NCBI GenBank assembly: GCA_045863235.1 | Contig: BTUM01000054.1 | Span: 1-54,729, forward strand | Direction: 5' to 3' | Origin: Candidatus Xenobia bacterium | GTDB lineage: Bacteria; Vulcanimicrobiota; Xenobia; Xenobiales; QWHO01 | Length of the DNA stretch: 54,729 nucleotides | The notes under the pieces: generated by a model | The model's database searches: none | What the model was told of the DNA's origin: nothing | What the model saw: only the letters and a program-made list of their open reading frames with translations | In this document: piece after piece, positions 8,476 through 18,128 of the stretch | How positions within the stretch are numbered: position 1 is the first letter of the stretch | Layout of the letters: every line of letters begins with the position of its first letter | Position numbers and translations under genes: made by a program

Positions 8476-11079
8476 CTAAAGCGCAGCCAGCTCCACCCGA
8501 CCCGCCTGCTCGGCCGGCAAGAAGAGCGACTCCACCGGCGCTCCGCCCTCGAGGTAGCTCTCCAGGCGGGTCACCCGCACCACCACCTGATCGGCCTCGG
8601 CGATGCCCATCAGCTGCTCCACCAGCTCGCGCGGCTTGGCCGCCAGACCGTCCGCGTTGCTCAGGCCGACCCGGTAGCCCACCCACTCCTCGCCCGCTTC
8701 CGCGAGCTCGAAGAACCGGATCAGCGGGCGGATGTCCACCGGCTTGACATCCCCCTTCTTGGTGCGGCGCTGCACCACGATCTCGCCGCGGGCCATCAGC
8801 TCGCTCGGGTCGAACACCGAGGCCATGGACGAGCGGGGCACCTCGATGAGGTAGTCGGCTCCGGTGATGGCCGACATCAGCGAGGGCGCAGACAAAGGCA
8901 CCTCGCCGCAGTCGAGCACCTTGAACCCGGGCGGCAGCACCTGGTTGACCCGCAGCTTGAACTCGAGCGGCGGCACCGCAAAGAGCAGCAGCACGTCCAC
9001 ATAGTCGGCCACCGTGGCCATGCCCACCGGGAAGCCGGTGGAGAACGCCAGCCGCGGTTGGGGATGAAACCCTTCCGAGTAGCACATGCGCAGGCCCGCC
9101 CGCCGCAGGGCGCGGGTCCAGACGTTGGCGGTCTCGAGCTGGCTCAAGAGGCGCATCTTGCCAGTGCGCTCAAAGCGCGCCACCATGCGCTGGGCCGGGG
9201 TCTGCGGAGGCAGCTTGGGCAGCTCGGGGCGCTCCCAGGTCTTCTCTTCCTTGATCCCCTTCTTCTGGCGCGAGAGCATCTCGACGCAGGAGTCTTTCTC
9301 CTCGGTGATCACCCCGCAGGTCGAGCAGCCGGAATAGCGGCAGTCGCGGTTGAGCATCTCGGCGCGCGACTTGAGGTATTCCTTGACGTGGTACTGCTTG
9401 GTGACCAGGGTGTCGATGTGATCCCAGGGCAGCGGCTCGTCCAGGGGACGCTCGCGCAGGTAGTCCAGGGCGTCGATGCCGGTCTGGTCGGCCGCCTTCT
9501 CCCAGCGGCGCAGGTCGAGGTGCTCGTTCCAGCCGTCGAACTTGCAGCCGTTGCGATAGGCCTGCAAGAGCAGCTTGCCCAGGCGCCGGTCGCCACGCGA
9601 CAGGATGCCCTCGAGCAAGCTCTGCTCGGCTTCGTGGCGTCCGAACTTGAGCCCGAAGGCCCGGGTGCGGTCGCGCAGCAGGTTCTGCTTGTGGAGCGTC
9701 TCGGGGATGTCGATCTGGCGGTCCCACTGAAACGGCGTGTGGGGCTTGGGCACGAAGGTGGAGACCCCGATGCGCAGGGCCGCTCGGCGGTTGACCGCCT
9801 TGCCGCGGCGCAGCACCTCCTGGGCCAGGTAGGCGATGCGCAGCACGTCCTCGTCGCGCTCGGTGGGCAGTCCGATCATGAAGTAGAGCTTGATGTGGTC
9901 CCAGCCCTTGCGGTAGACCGTCTCGGTGGTCTCAAAGAGCATGTCGTCGGGGATGTCCTTGTCGATCACCGCCCGCATGCGCGGCGTGGCCGCTTCAGGG
10001 GCGAAGGTGACGCCGGTCTTGCGCACGCTCTGGACCATGTCCACCAGGTCCACCGAGAAGGTATCCATGCGAAGCGACGGCAGCGACACGGCCACGTTGT
10101 CGGGGCCGCCCTGCAGCACCGACTGGGCCACCAGCGCCTTGGGCTTGGAGTAGTCGCAGGTGGACAGGCTCGAGAGCGAGATCTCCTCGTAGCCGGTCTT
10201 CTCGATGGTCTCGCGCATCAGGTCGCCCAGCGTGTCCAGGTTGCGCTCGCGCACCGGGCGGTAGATCATGCCCGCCTGGCAGAAGCGGCAGCCCTGGGTG
10301 CAGCCGCGCAGCACCTCGAGCGAGACGCGGTCGTGCACCTGCTGGGTAAAGGGCACGATGTAGTCGGTGGGATAAGGCGTGTTCTCCAGGCTCAAGAGCA
10401 GCGACTTGCGCACCGGAGCCGCTCCGGGAGCGCCCACCACGGTGCCGTTCTCGAGGGTGGCGGTGGGATAGAAGGCGGGCAGGTAGGCCCCCTTGACCTT
10501 GCGCAGGGCTTTGAGGCGCTCGTCTCGGGCCATGCCGCGGGTGGCCCGCAGGGCCTGGGCCAGCTGCAGCACCGAGTCCTCTCCGTCGCCGATGATGAAG
10601 CAGTCGATGAAGTCGGCCAGCGGCTCGGGATTGAAGGCGCAGGGCCCGCCGGCCAGGATGATGGGGTGCTCGTCGCCCCGCTCGCAAGACAGCAACGGGA
10701 TGCGGGCCAGGTCGAGCATGTTCAAGATGTTGGTGTAGCTCAGCTCATACTGCAAGGTGAAGCCCACCGCGTCGAACTGAGAGAGCGGCGTGCGGCTCTC
10801 CACCGAGAACAAGGGCAAGGAGCGCGAGCGCAGCTCGTGCTCGAGGTCGATCCCCACCGCGTAGGCCCGCTCGCACCACACGCCGGGTTGGCGGTTGAGC
10901 AGACTGTAGAGGATGAGCAAGCCCAGGTTGGACAGTCCCAGGTCGTACATGTCGGGGAAGGCCAGGCAAATGCGAACATCCACTTCCGAGAGCGGTTTGT
11001 GGACGGAATTGAGCTCCTGGCCGATGTATCTGCTAGGTTTCTCGACGCGCGGAAGGATCAGGTCTTCAATGAAGTGCAT
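8476..11079 (-). CDS. TIGR03960-type B12-binding radical SAM protein fused to a TIGR03936/DUF2344-type domain
   Basis: VEKPSRYIGQELN, AFPDMYDLGLSNLG, RGCTQGCRFC (CxxxCxxC), FVPKPHTPFQW; C-terminal RALRRAGL..YSEGFHPQPR; ATG at 11079. Confidence 0.92.
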   Translation of the reverse strand: MHFIEDLILPRVEKPSRYIGQELNSVHKPLSEVDVRICLAFPDMYDLGLSNLGLLILYSLLNRQPGVWCERAYAVGIDLEHELRSRSLPLFSVESRTPLSQFDAVGFTLQYELSYTNILNMLDLARIPLLSCERGDEHPIILAGGPCAFNPEPLADFIDCFIIGDGEDSVLQLAQALRATRGMARDERLKALRKVKGAYLPAFYPTATLENGTVVGAPGAAPVRKSLLLSLENTPYPTDYIVPFTQQVHDRVSLEVLRGCTQGCRFCQAGMIYRPVRERNLDTLGDLMRETIEKTGYEEISLSSLSTCDYSKPKALVAQSVLQGGPDNVAVSLPSLRMDTFSVDLVDMVQSVRKTGVTFAPEAATPRMRAVIDKDIPDDMLFETTETVYRKGWDHIKLYFMIGLPTERDEDVLRIAYLAQEVLRRGKAVNRRAALRIGVSTFVPKPHTPFQWDRQIDIPETLHKQNLLRDRTRAFGLKFGRHEAEQSLLEGILSRGDRRLGKLLLQAYRNGCKFDGWNEHLDLRRWEKAADQTGIDALDYLRERPLDEPLPWDHIDTLVTKQYHVKEYLKSRAEMLNRDCRYSGCSTCGVITEEKDSCVEMLSRQKKGIKEEKTWERPELPKLPPQTPAQRMVARFERTGKMRLLSQLETANVWTRALRRAGLRMCYSEGFHPQPRLAFSTGFPVGMATVADYVDVLLLFAVPPLEFKLRVNQVLPPGFKVLDCGEVPLSAPSLMSAITGADYLIEVPRSSMASVFDPSELMARGEIVVQRRTKKGDVKPVDIRPLIRFFELAEAGEEWVGYRVGLSNADGLAAKPRELVEQLMGIAEADQVVVRVTRLESYLEGGAPVESLFLPAEQAGRVELAAL

Positions 11080-11182
11080 TGGTCCAGTATAGCTTCCAAT
11101 CTTCCGGGGAGCAACGGGGAGCCGAATAAACCAGGCCCCGTGTGACAGGGGGGGGCCGAGCGGCCTGCGAATCATCCCTGTC

Positions 11183-12253
11183 ATGGCCCCCCCGATCAAC
11201 CCCAAAGCTCGGGCTCCGATGAGGGATGTGGCCTTCTTTACCCGCCAGCTGGTCACCATGCTCGACTCGGGCGTCCCGCTTCATAAAGCGCTGGACATCT
11301 ACGCCAAAAGCGACGAAACAAAGCTCGGTCGGGTGATGGACGAGGTGGCGGACAAGGTGCTGGCCGGCAACTCGCTCTCGGCTTCTCTCAGTCGTTTCCC
11401 CCGCATTTTCTCGCCCGTGTACGTTGGTCTGGTGAGGGCCGGCGAAGGATCCGGCCAGCTCAACACCATGCTCGAGCAGCTGGCCTCCTTGCTCGAGCGA
11501 GGCGACGGCCTGCAACGGCGCCTGGCAGCCAACCTGACCTATCCGGCTTTCTTGCTCATGGCCGGGATGGCTTGCGGCGGAGTGCTCATGTTCTACATTC
11601 TGCCCACCATGACGCCCATGTTCACCACCATGGGCGTTACGCTCCCCTGGCCCACTCGCTTTCTGGTGGCCATCGGCGACATGGCCCGCAATCCTTTTCT
11701 GGTCACGTTGGTGCTGGTCGCGGCGGCGCTGCTGGTGTTCCTGGGAGCCCCGGCCTGGCGGCGTCTGATGGCTCGCAATCCCACCTTGCGGCGCAAGATT
11801 GACGCCCAGATTCTCGAGCTGCCCCTGCTGGGCAACGTGCTGCGGAAGATGAGCTACGCTCGGGTCCTGTTCACCCTGTCCACCCTGCTCGAGGCCGGCT
11901 TGCCGGCCGCCACCGCTTTGCACATGATTCGCGAGGTCACCGGCAACGAATCCCTCAAGGCTCTCCTGAGCGCCTCGGGCCAGCGGCTGGAGCTGGGCTG
12001 CAGCATGTCCGAAGCGCTGGACAACATCCTGCCCCGGGGGGCGGTGCAGATGATCGCTGTCGGCGAGGAGTCTTCCTCAGCTTCGAACTCGGCCCGCCAC
12101 GTCGCCAAAGTCTACGAGGATGAGGCCGAGATGGCCGTGAGCTATTTCGCCGCTCTGTCCGAGCCCCTGATCATGGCCGGGATGGGCGCGGTTGCCGCCT
12201 TCATCGTGCTGGCCTTCATGCTACCGCTGGTATCGATGCTGCAGAAGCTCTGA
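11183..12253 (+). CDS. pilC: type II secretion/type IV pilus platform protein, GspF/PilC family
   Basis: FFTRQLVTMLDSGVPL, GEGSGQL, LTYP, LSTLLEAG, MIAVGEES, EPLIM. Confidence 0.88.
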   Translation: MAPPINPKARAPMRDVAFFTRQLVTMLDSGVPLHKALDIYAKSDETKLGRVMDEVADKVLAGNSLSASLSRFPRIFSPVYVGLVRAGEGSGQLNTMLEQLASLLERGDGLQRRLAANLTYPAFLLMAGMACGGVLMFYILPTMTPMFTTMGVTLPWPTRFLVAIGDMARNPFLVTLVLVAAALLVFLGAPAWRRLMARNPTLRRKIDAQILELPLLGNVLRKMSYARVLFTLSTLLEAGLPAATALHMIREVTGNESLKALLSASGQRLELGCSMSEALDNILPRGAVQMIAVGEESSSASNSARHVAKVYEDEAEMAVSYFAALSEPLIMAGMGAVAAFIVLAFMLPLVSMLQKL

Positions 12254-13800
12254 TGGCCCCCAGGCGCTTCCTTTGGTACTGCTCGCTGGCTCTCTTTGTC
12301 GCATCCCTGGCTTTCTTCGTGTATGCCTGGCAGGTCACTCGTCCATCCGGCCCGGAAGCAGACGCTCGCTTCGACGGACCGGCCTGGCTTTCGCCTGAGA
12401 GCCTGGAGCAACTGTCACACGCGGTCTGCGAAGGTCTGGCCGGCCGAGCGAGTCCGGTTGCCCTGAGCGAGTCCGAGCTCAATCTCCAGACCGGTGCTGT
12501 GTACGTGGCCATCCGGTCGGCCGGGCTGGTGCGCGCTTACCAGTGGGGCTCAGGGGGAACCTGGTCTGAAAATCTCAACCAGGCCCTCGGGCAGCTTCCC
12601 CGAGAGTCGGATCTGGACTTCGTGGAGCTGATGCTGACCCACTCCTATCGCCCGGCCGACCTCTTTCGCGTGACCGAGTTGGAGGCCATGCGTGGGGTTT
12701 GGGGACTGGAGCTGCGCCATCGGGACCGATTTGTGCGCTACAATCCCTTGCAGATGATCTCGCGCGACTTTGGTTTCGTGACCAGCGTGGCCCATTTCGA
12801 GGACGAGCTCGGTCTGACCAGCGAGGAGCTCTACACTCGCGCCCAGGCCCTTCGATTCGACGGCTACCAGGTTCTCATTCGACTGGATGGAAAACCCCGG
12901 GCGATTCAACTCTATCGTGGCCAGCCACGCCCGCCGGAGCAGTTGTCCCCCGAACAGCTCGAAGCCATGCACGCAGCCCTGCTCGACTGGATGCGGGGGC
13001 CGGGCTCTCGCCTGACCTCTGGCTACCAGCCCAGCTCCGATAAGCCTATGGAACTCACGGGCCCCTGGTCGGGCCAGGCGGCCGCCGCCTGGTCTCTGGC
13101 CCAAACTCCGGACGCTCGACCGGGCGAGGTCCTGAGCCGCCTGCAAGGGGTGGACGCCCGGAGCGGGGCGGCCACGCTGGCCCTGGCCCTGCTGGCGGTG
13201 GAGCCACTGCCGGATGCGTGGAAGAAGGAGCAGCTGCGCCAGGTTCTCGCGCGGGTGACCCCGGAGCAGGTGCCGCCCGGTGAGTTGGGGCCCTTGCTGC
13301 TCTGGTGGGGCCAGCATCAGCCCGCCCGGCTGGCCCAGGCCCAGGTCAAAGCCCAACAGGCCGGAGTCCGATTGGCGCCCTGGCGGATTCTCTCCCTGGC
13401 AGCCCGGGGCTCTCATGAGCTCTTGTATCGCGAGTGTGACGAGTTGCTGAAGCATCAAGGCGGTGAGCTCGACCGCCTGGGGCAGTTTTACCCCGATGTT
13501 CCGCCCGACTCGGAGGTTCCCCCAGCCTCCCTGAATGCTCTGTGCGTGATCGCCCTGGAGCAAGCCGCCCGGGTTGCTCGGGAGAAGGGGCAGGACCGGC
13601 GCGCCCGGGACTATCGGAACGCTGCCCAGCAGGGGCGACTTTTTCTCTACCGCCTCCAGTTTCGCTCCGAGGAGGACTTCTATTATGTCGTGCGTCCCGA
13701 GGAGGTTGAAGGAGCCTTACGCTCGAATTTGTATGATAACCGGGTTCGAGTGGATTGCGCCGCCTTCGCCCTGGTAGCCTTGCGACAGAGGGAACCTTAG
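12253..13800 (+). CDS. hypothetical exported/membrane-anchored protein with helical C-terminal domain
   Basis: 515-aa ORF coupled to pilC (TGATG overlap), N-terminal TM; no family confidently recognised. Confidence 0.65.
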   Translation: MAPRRFLWYCSLALFVASLAFFVYAWQVTRPSGPEADARFDGPAWLSPESLEQLSHAVCEGLAGRASPVALSESELNLQTGAVYVAIRSAGLVRAYQWGSGGTWSENLNQALGQLPRESDLDFVELMLTHSYRPADLFRVTELEAMRGVWGLELRHRDRFVRYNPLQMISRDFGFVTSVAHFEDELGLTSEELYTRAQALRFDGYQVLIRLDGKPRAIQLYRGQPRPPEQLSPEQLEAMHAALLDWMRGPGSRLTSGYQPSSDKPMELTGPWSGQAAAAWSLAQTPDARPGEVLSRLQGVDARSGAATLALALLAVEPLPDAWKKEQLRQVLARVTPEQVPPGELGPLLLWWGQHQPARLAQAQVKAQQAGVRLAPWRILSLAARGSHELLYRECDELLKHQGGELDRLGQFYPDVPPDSEVPPASLNALCVIALEQAARVAREKGQDRRARDYRNAAQQGRLFLYRLQFRSEEDFYYVVRPEEVEGALRSNLYDNRVRVDCAAFALVALRQREP

Positions 13801-13805
13801 TCGTC

Positions 13806-14924
13806 ATGCGGTTTGACTACACGGCATCGGATCGAAGTGGGGCGCAGCGCAAAGGCAAGCTCATCGCTTCCAATCTCGCAGAGGCGCGCGAATCGCTCGA
13901 GCAACTCGGCATGCAGGTCGTCGAGCTTCGTCCCGCGGATGAGAACGGTTCGTTCCCTCGACTCGGCCCGCCCGAAAGGAGCGCCGGCCCGCCCAGCGGC
14001 TCGTCCTCCCGCCCCGACCTGCCCAAGAGCGCCGGCCCGCCCAGCGGCTCGTTCCCCCGCCCCGACCTGCCCAAGAGCGCCGGCCCGCCCAGCGGCTCGT
14101 TCTCCCGCCCCGACCTGCCCAAGAGCGCCGGCCCGCCCAGCGGCTCGTTCTCCCGCCCCGACCTGCCCAAGAGCGCCGGCCCGCCCAGCGGCTCGTTCTC
14201 TCGTCCCGACCTGCCCAGGAACGCCGGTCCGCCCGGTGACGCGCCCCCCAGGAGCGCCGGCCCGCCCGGTGACGCTGCCGACCTGCCCAAGAGCGCCGGC
14301 TCGCTTTCGCGGCCCAAGAGCGGCGGCCCGAGCGCCCTTCGCCCCGTGAAGGCCAGTTCTGCCCCCGCCGTGAAGCCCCCCCCTGCGAAAGCCAGCTCCG
14401 GCCCCGAGGAGAGTCTCCTGGCCAGGCTGGACTGGAAGCGCCTGGGTCCGCTTGTGGGCGGGTTGGTTGTGTTGATCGGGTTGGTCAGCTTGTTCTTCCT
14501 CAATCAGCCTCGCAAGGTCGAAGTGACCTTGAAGGGCCAGGTCAGCGTGGCCGCCTCCAAGACGCAGCAGAACGTCGTCAATCCGTTCGGTAATCTCACC
14601 TTGTACGTCTATTTCCCCGACGAGCGCCGTCTGATCAGCGCCAAAGGCGTAGCCGAGCCGACCGGCAAGCGCTGGAAGGGCATCAAGGATCCCAACCACC
14701 ATTTCAAACTCGATATCCAGCCCGATGGAAAGTACGAGCTCAAGCTTTCCTTCACGGCGAGCAGGGTTCCGCAGAGGTGCACCCTCACCATCAATAAGCC
14801 CGGATATTCCACGAGCAAGAAGCGCGGACTTGCGCTCCAGAAGGATGGGAACTCCCTCGTGGCCACTGTCACCAGATCCTCCTTACGTCTGCTCTCACGC
14901 GACCGAAAGAGAACCAAGCGATGA
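13806..14924 (+). CDS. membrane protein: PilC-like N-terminal domain, Pro/Ser repeats, TM helix, extracytoplasmic domain
   Basis: MRFDYTASDRSGAQRKGKLIASNLAEARESLEQLGMQVVEL; SAGPPSGSFSRPDLPK repeats; TM LVGGLVVLIGLVSLFFL. Confidence 0.7.
   Translation: MRFDYTASDRSGAQRKGKLIASNLAEARESLEQLGMQVVELRPADENGSFPRLGPPERSAGPPSGSSSRPDLPKSAGPPSGSFPRPDLPKSAGPPSGSFSRPDLPKSAGPPSGSFSRPDLPKSAGPPSGSFSRPDLPRNAGPPGDAPPRSAGPPGDAADLPKSAGSLSRPKSGGPSALRPVKASSAPAVKPPPAKASSGPEESLLARLDWKRLGPLVGGLVVLIGLVSLFFLNQPRKVEVTLKGQVSVAASKTQQNVVNPFGNLTLYVYFPDERRLISAKGVAEPTGKRWKGIKDPNHHFKLDIQPDGKYELKLSFTASRVPQRCTLTINKPGYSTSKKRGLALQKDGNSLVATVTRSSLRLLSRDRKRTKR
13980..14219 (+). repeat. intragenic 48-bp tandem repeat, five copies plus degenerate tail
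   Basis: agcgccggcccgcccagcggctcgttctcccgccccgacctgcccaag at 13980, 14028, 14076, 14124, 14172. Confidence 0.9.
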
Positions 14925-15517
14925 AGAATAACCGCGCCACCAGCCTGGTCGAGATGCTCGTCTGCTGCGCTCTGGTAGGGATCGTTCTGTCTCTGGTCTA
15001 CTCGATGGTGGTGGCCGGCAAGAACTATCTGGCCGTGATGAGCGCCAAGCACACGCTCCAGCAGGAAGCTTTGCAGTCCATCACCTGGATCTCACGAGAG
15101 ATCAGCGAGTCGGATGCCGAGTGCTTCCAGGTTGCGACGATGCTGGTCAACGGCGTGGACGGGGTGGTCTTCGCGAGCCCCCGCTCGCCCGTCAGCGGTA
15201 AAGTCGAGTATGATCCGGTGGGCCGGATGCTGTGGCAACAGCACATCTGCTACTACCTGCGCACCATCAACGGGGTGTCCACCCTGTGCCGGAAGGCCCG
15301 AACGCTGAGCCCCGCCTTCAGCTACCCTCCCCCTGCACCACCGGTGAATACTGTTTCCAGCGACGCCAGCTTGCCCGAGCGGGTGATCGCCCGCCATGTC
15401 GAGATTTTTTCGGTTTCCAACGAAGAGGTTCCCGAGGTCAGGATTCGTTGTCGGCTGACTGGATTTAGCCGCGATTATGCGATAGAAGTAAAAACGAGAC
15501 TGTTTCTCAGGAACTGA
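14921..15517 (+). CDS. prepilin-type (PilW/PulJ-like) minor pilin
   Basis: MKNNRA/TSLVEMLV class III signal with E+5 and hydrophobic helix. Confidence 0.75.
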   Translation: MKNNRATSLVEMLVCCALVGIVLSLVYSMVVAGKNYLAVMSAKHTLQQEALQSITWISREISESDAECFQVATMLVNGVDGVVFASPRSPVSGKVEYDPVGRMLWQQHICYYLRTINGVSTLCRKARTLSPAFSYPPPAPPVNTVSSDASLPERVIARHVEIFSVSNEEVPEVRIRCRLTGFSRDYAIEVKTRLFLRN

Positions 15518-15529
15518 GGAGGCTGCCGG

Positions 15530-16891
15530 ATGCCCAGGAATGATCGTGGTGTTTCAGCACTGGCGCTAGTTCTGGTCATCGTGTCGTCCTTCGGGCTGAT
15601 GACCGCCGGGGTGGGGCTTCTGGTCACCCAGAAGCAGCGCCAGATGAGCGATGCGGGCCTGGACTTGCGCTGCCGCTATGCCGCCTACTCGGCGGTCCAG
15701 CTGGCTCTGCACGAGCTGAACGGCAATCCCCGCTATGATCCCCTCGAGACCATCACCGACGTTCCCATGCCTGGCGACGATCAGATCACCTACTCGCTCC
15801 GGGTGGCTAACAACTACGAGGGAACCTATCCCAATCCCACCGCCGACGGGGTCACCGTGCCCAACGGCATGTGCTACATCACTGCCCAGGGCGACGTGAA
15901 GGGCATTCCCACCCTGTACAGCGCCGGCCTGGCCAGCATGGGCTGGCGCGGCGACTCGATGTTCCGCCACGCGGCTATCGGCACCCGGCTCATCACCCTC
16001 ACAAACAATGCCACCACTGACTCCTATCGCACGTCCACGGGAGTCATGACGGCGCTCGACAGGGACCGGCGGGGAACCGTGCTGACCAACTCCATCCAGC
16101 CCGACAGTCTGGTGATCGACAACTCCATCGTCAAGGGGTACGCCGTGATTGGCCCGCTGGGCGATCCGGCCGTGGTCATCAAGACGGTGGGCACCGGCAA
16201 GGTGCTCGAGACCGTCCTGCCGGCTCCCCACATTCGGGTCAACACGGGCCTGCGGCGCGTGCCGCGCTATATCCCTCCCTACAACCCCAACTCGGCCACC
16301 TCGGTGCTGACCTTCACCAACACCGACCAGGTCGTCGAGCCGGGCGCCTACCAGTCCATCACCCAGGTGGGCGGCGTGCTGCGGCTGAAGGCCGGCGTCT
16401 ACTACATCAAGGACTTTCTCGAGCTGCGCGGCGGGGCCCGGCTCGAGCTCGACCCTACCCAGAACTACGACGCCTACACCAGCATTTACGTGGGCGAGCG
16501 AGCCAGTTTCCTGGAAGGCTCCACGGTCAACGAGACCATCGGAAAAGCCCAGGTGGCTGGAGGCGGGCTGCCAGGCGGTCCCATGACTTTGCGACTGTTC
16601 TTCGTGGGCACGGGCGTTCCCGGCTTCTCCGAGCTCAATCTCCGGCTCGACAACAGCTCGCGCAGCTGGCTGGTGGCTGCGGGTAAGAACTTGAAACTGA
16701 ACATGGACAACAGCTCCGAGCTCTGGGGCGCGGTCAAAGGCTCCGAGGTGGCCCTGAGCAACTCTTCCAAGATCAACTACGACAAGGATCTCTACAACCA
16801 GCTCAAGCCCGGCATGATGGGCTGGTCCTTGCAGGGCCTGATGACCGACAGCGGCGACCTCCCCATCGAAGACACGGGCTGGGGCGAGTAG
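15530..16891 (+). CDS. PilX-like minor pilin with beta-helix-like C-terminus
   Basis: MPRNDRG/VSALALVLVIV, YAAYSAVQLALHEL, DSY, PGAY, INYD motifs; RBS gaggagg. Confidence 0.7.
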   Translation: MPRNDRGVSALALVLVIVSSFGLMTAGVGLLVTQKQRQMSDAGLDLRCRYAAYSAVQLALHELNGNPRYDPLETITDVPMPGDDQITYSLRVANNYEGTYPNPTADGVTVPNGMCYITAQGDVKGIPTLYSAGLASMGWRGDSMFRHAAIGTRLITLTNNATTDSYRTSTGVMTALDRDRRGTVLTNSIQPDSLVIDNSIVKGYAVIGPLGDPAVVIKTVGTGKVLETVLPAPHIRVNTGLRRVPRYIPPYNPNSATSVLTFTNTDQVVEPGAYQSITQVGGVLRLKAGVYYIKDFLELRGGARLELDPTQNYDAYTSIYVGERASFLEGSTVNETIGKAQVAGGGLPGGPMTLRLFFVGTGVPGFSELNLRLDNSSRSWLVAAGKNLKLNMDNSSELWGAVKGSEVALSNSSKINYDKDLYNQLKPGMMGWSLQGLMTDSGDLPIEDTGWGE

Positions 16892-16908
16892 AGCTTAAGG
16901 ACATGCGA

Positions 16909-17718
16909 TCACGGCAGTCTGACCACGCCCTCGGCCACGGAGGGGTAGCGGTGGAGCAGTTCGGGGTCATGGCCCGGGATCAGGTTCGGACCCATCTCGA
17001 GCAACCGGTTCAGCGCATCCTCGCCTCCCAGGCGAGCGGCTTTCCCGATGGGGCGCCGCTCGCTCAGGTTGCGAAACAGGTAGGCGTTATCCGAGGCCAG
17101 CACCGTCTTGCCCAGCCGGACCGCCAGGCAGCCGGCCGTGTGCCCTCCCATTACCACGACCTCCACGCCCGGGCGGATGGTCGCCGTTCCCTGGAGCAGC
17201 CGCAGCCTGCCCGCCGCCTCCACCTTCTCAAGTTGCTCCAGATCGGCTCGACGATAGCCGTCTACCCAGCTCTCATCGGAAAGACGAAGGCGCATGTCCT
17301 CGAGCTCGGCCTGGCTCATCCAGACGCGGGCCCGCGGGAAGGCGGCCAGGTCGCCGGCGTGGTCCCAATGGCCGTGAGTCAGGATCAGGTCGGTGATCTC
17401 CTCGGGACGCGCCCCGAGCCGCCCGAGCAGGCGGGCCGGCGGGGTGAATTCGGTCAGCTTGAAGCGCTCGGCCATTGCCGGGTCGCTGAATCCCGTGTCC
17501 ACCAGGCCCCATCCTTCAGCCGTCCGAAACGGAAAGACCAGCCAGGCAAAGTCGATCGGCGCGGGAGTCAAGCCCTGCATCAGGTAGTCTCCGCGAAACT
17601 TGGAGCGCCCGTATTGCAGGGCGTAAGCCTCGACGGTCGGGCTCGTGCCGCGGGGCCAGAGCCACCAGGCGGCTGCGGCTGCGCCCAGAAGCATGACCAG
17701 GCCGGCCAGGCGTCTCAA
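16909..17718 (-). CDS. metallo-beta-lactamase fold hydrolase, N-acyl homoserine lactonase-like, with signal/TM
   Basis: LVDTG, THGHWDHAG (HxHxDH), GGHTAG, LASDN, IPGHDP. Confidence 0.85.
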   Translation of the reverse strand: MRRLAGLVMLLGAAAAAWWLWPRGTSPTVEAYALQYGRSKFRGDYLMQGLTPAPIDFAWLVFPFRTAEGWGLVDTGFSDPAMAERFKLTEFTPPARLLGRLGARPEEITDLILTHGHWDHAGDLAAFPRARVWMSQAELEDMRLRLSDESWVDGYRRADLEQLEKVEAAGRLRLLQGTATIRPGVEVVVMGGHTAGCLAVRLGKTVLASDNAYLFRNLSERRPIGKAARLGGEDALNRLLEMGPNLIPGHDPELLHRYPSVAEGVVRLP

Positions 17719-17729
17719 GGCAGGCTCCC

Positions 17730-18128
17730 GTGTTGAAAGCCAGACGCGGCTTCAATCTGCTCGAGCTCCTGATCGCTCTGACGCTCTTCATTTCGGTGGC
17801 CGTGGCCATGGTGGCGGTCTGGCAGGCCCATGCCCGAGCCACGGCTGCGGCCCAGGACCGCCTGGTGGGCAACGCCTTCGCCGAGATGACCATGGAGAGC
17901 CAGCTGGCCCGGGGCTGGGCGGCCGAGGATGTGCCCGAAGAGACCGTGACGGTGACTCACCTGGTGGATGGCGTGGCGGTCGACGCCGAGTACCATCGCA
18001 GCTCGCAGGTGACCGACCTGGGCGGTGGCCAGCTCGGGCTCAAGCAGGTCGTGGTGCTGGTATGGTGGGAGCTGAACGGGCACCGCCGGGAAGTGCGCAT
18101 CACCGCGATGGTTGGCTGGCAAAGCTAG
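17730..18128 (+). CDS. type IV prepilin (PilV/PulI-like)
   Basis: MLKARRG/FNLLELLIAL N-methylation motif. Confidence 0.8.
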   Translation: MLKARRGFNLLELLIALTLFISVAVAMVAVWQAHARATAAAQDRLVGNAFAEMTMESQLARGWAAEDVPEETVTVTHLVDGVAVDAEYHRSSQVTDLGGGQLGLKQVVVLVWWELNGHRREVRITAMVGWQS

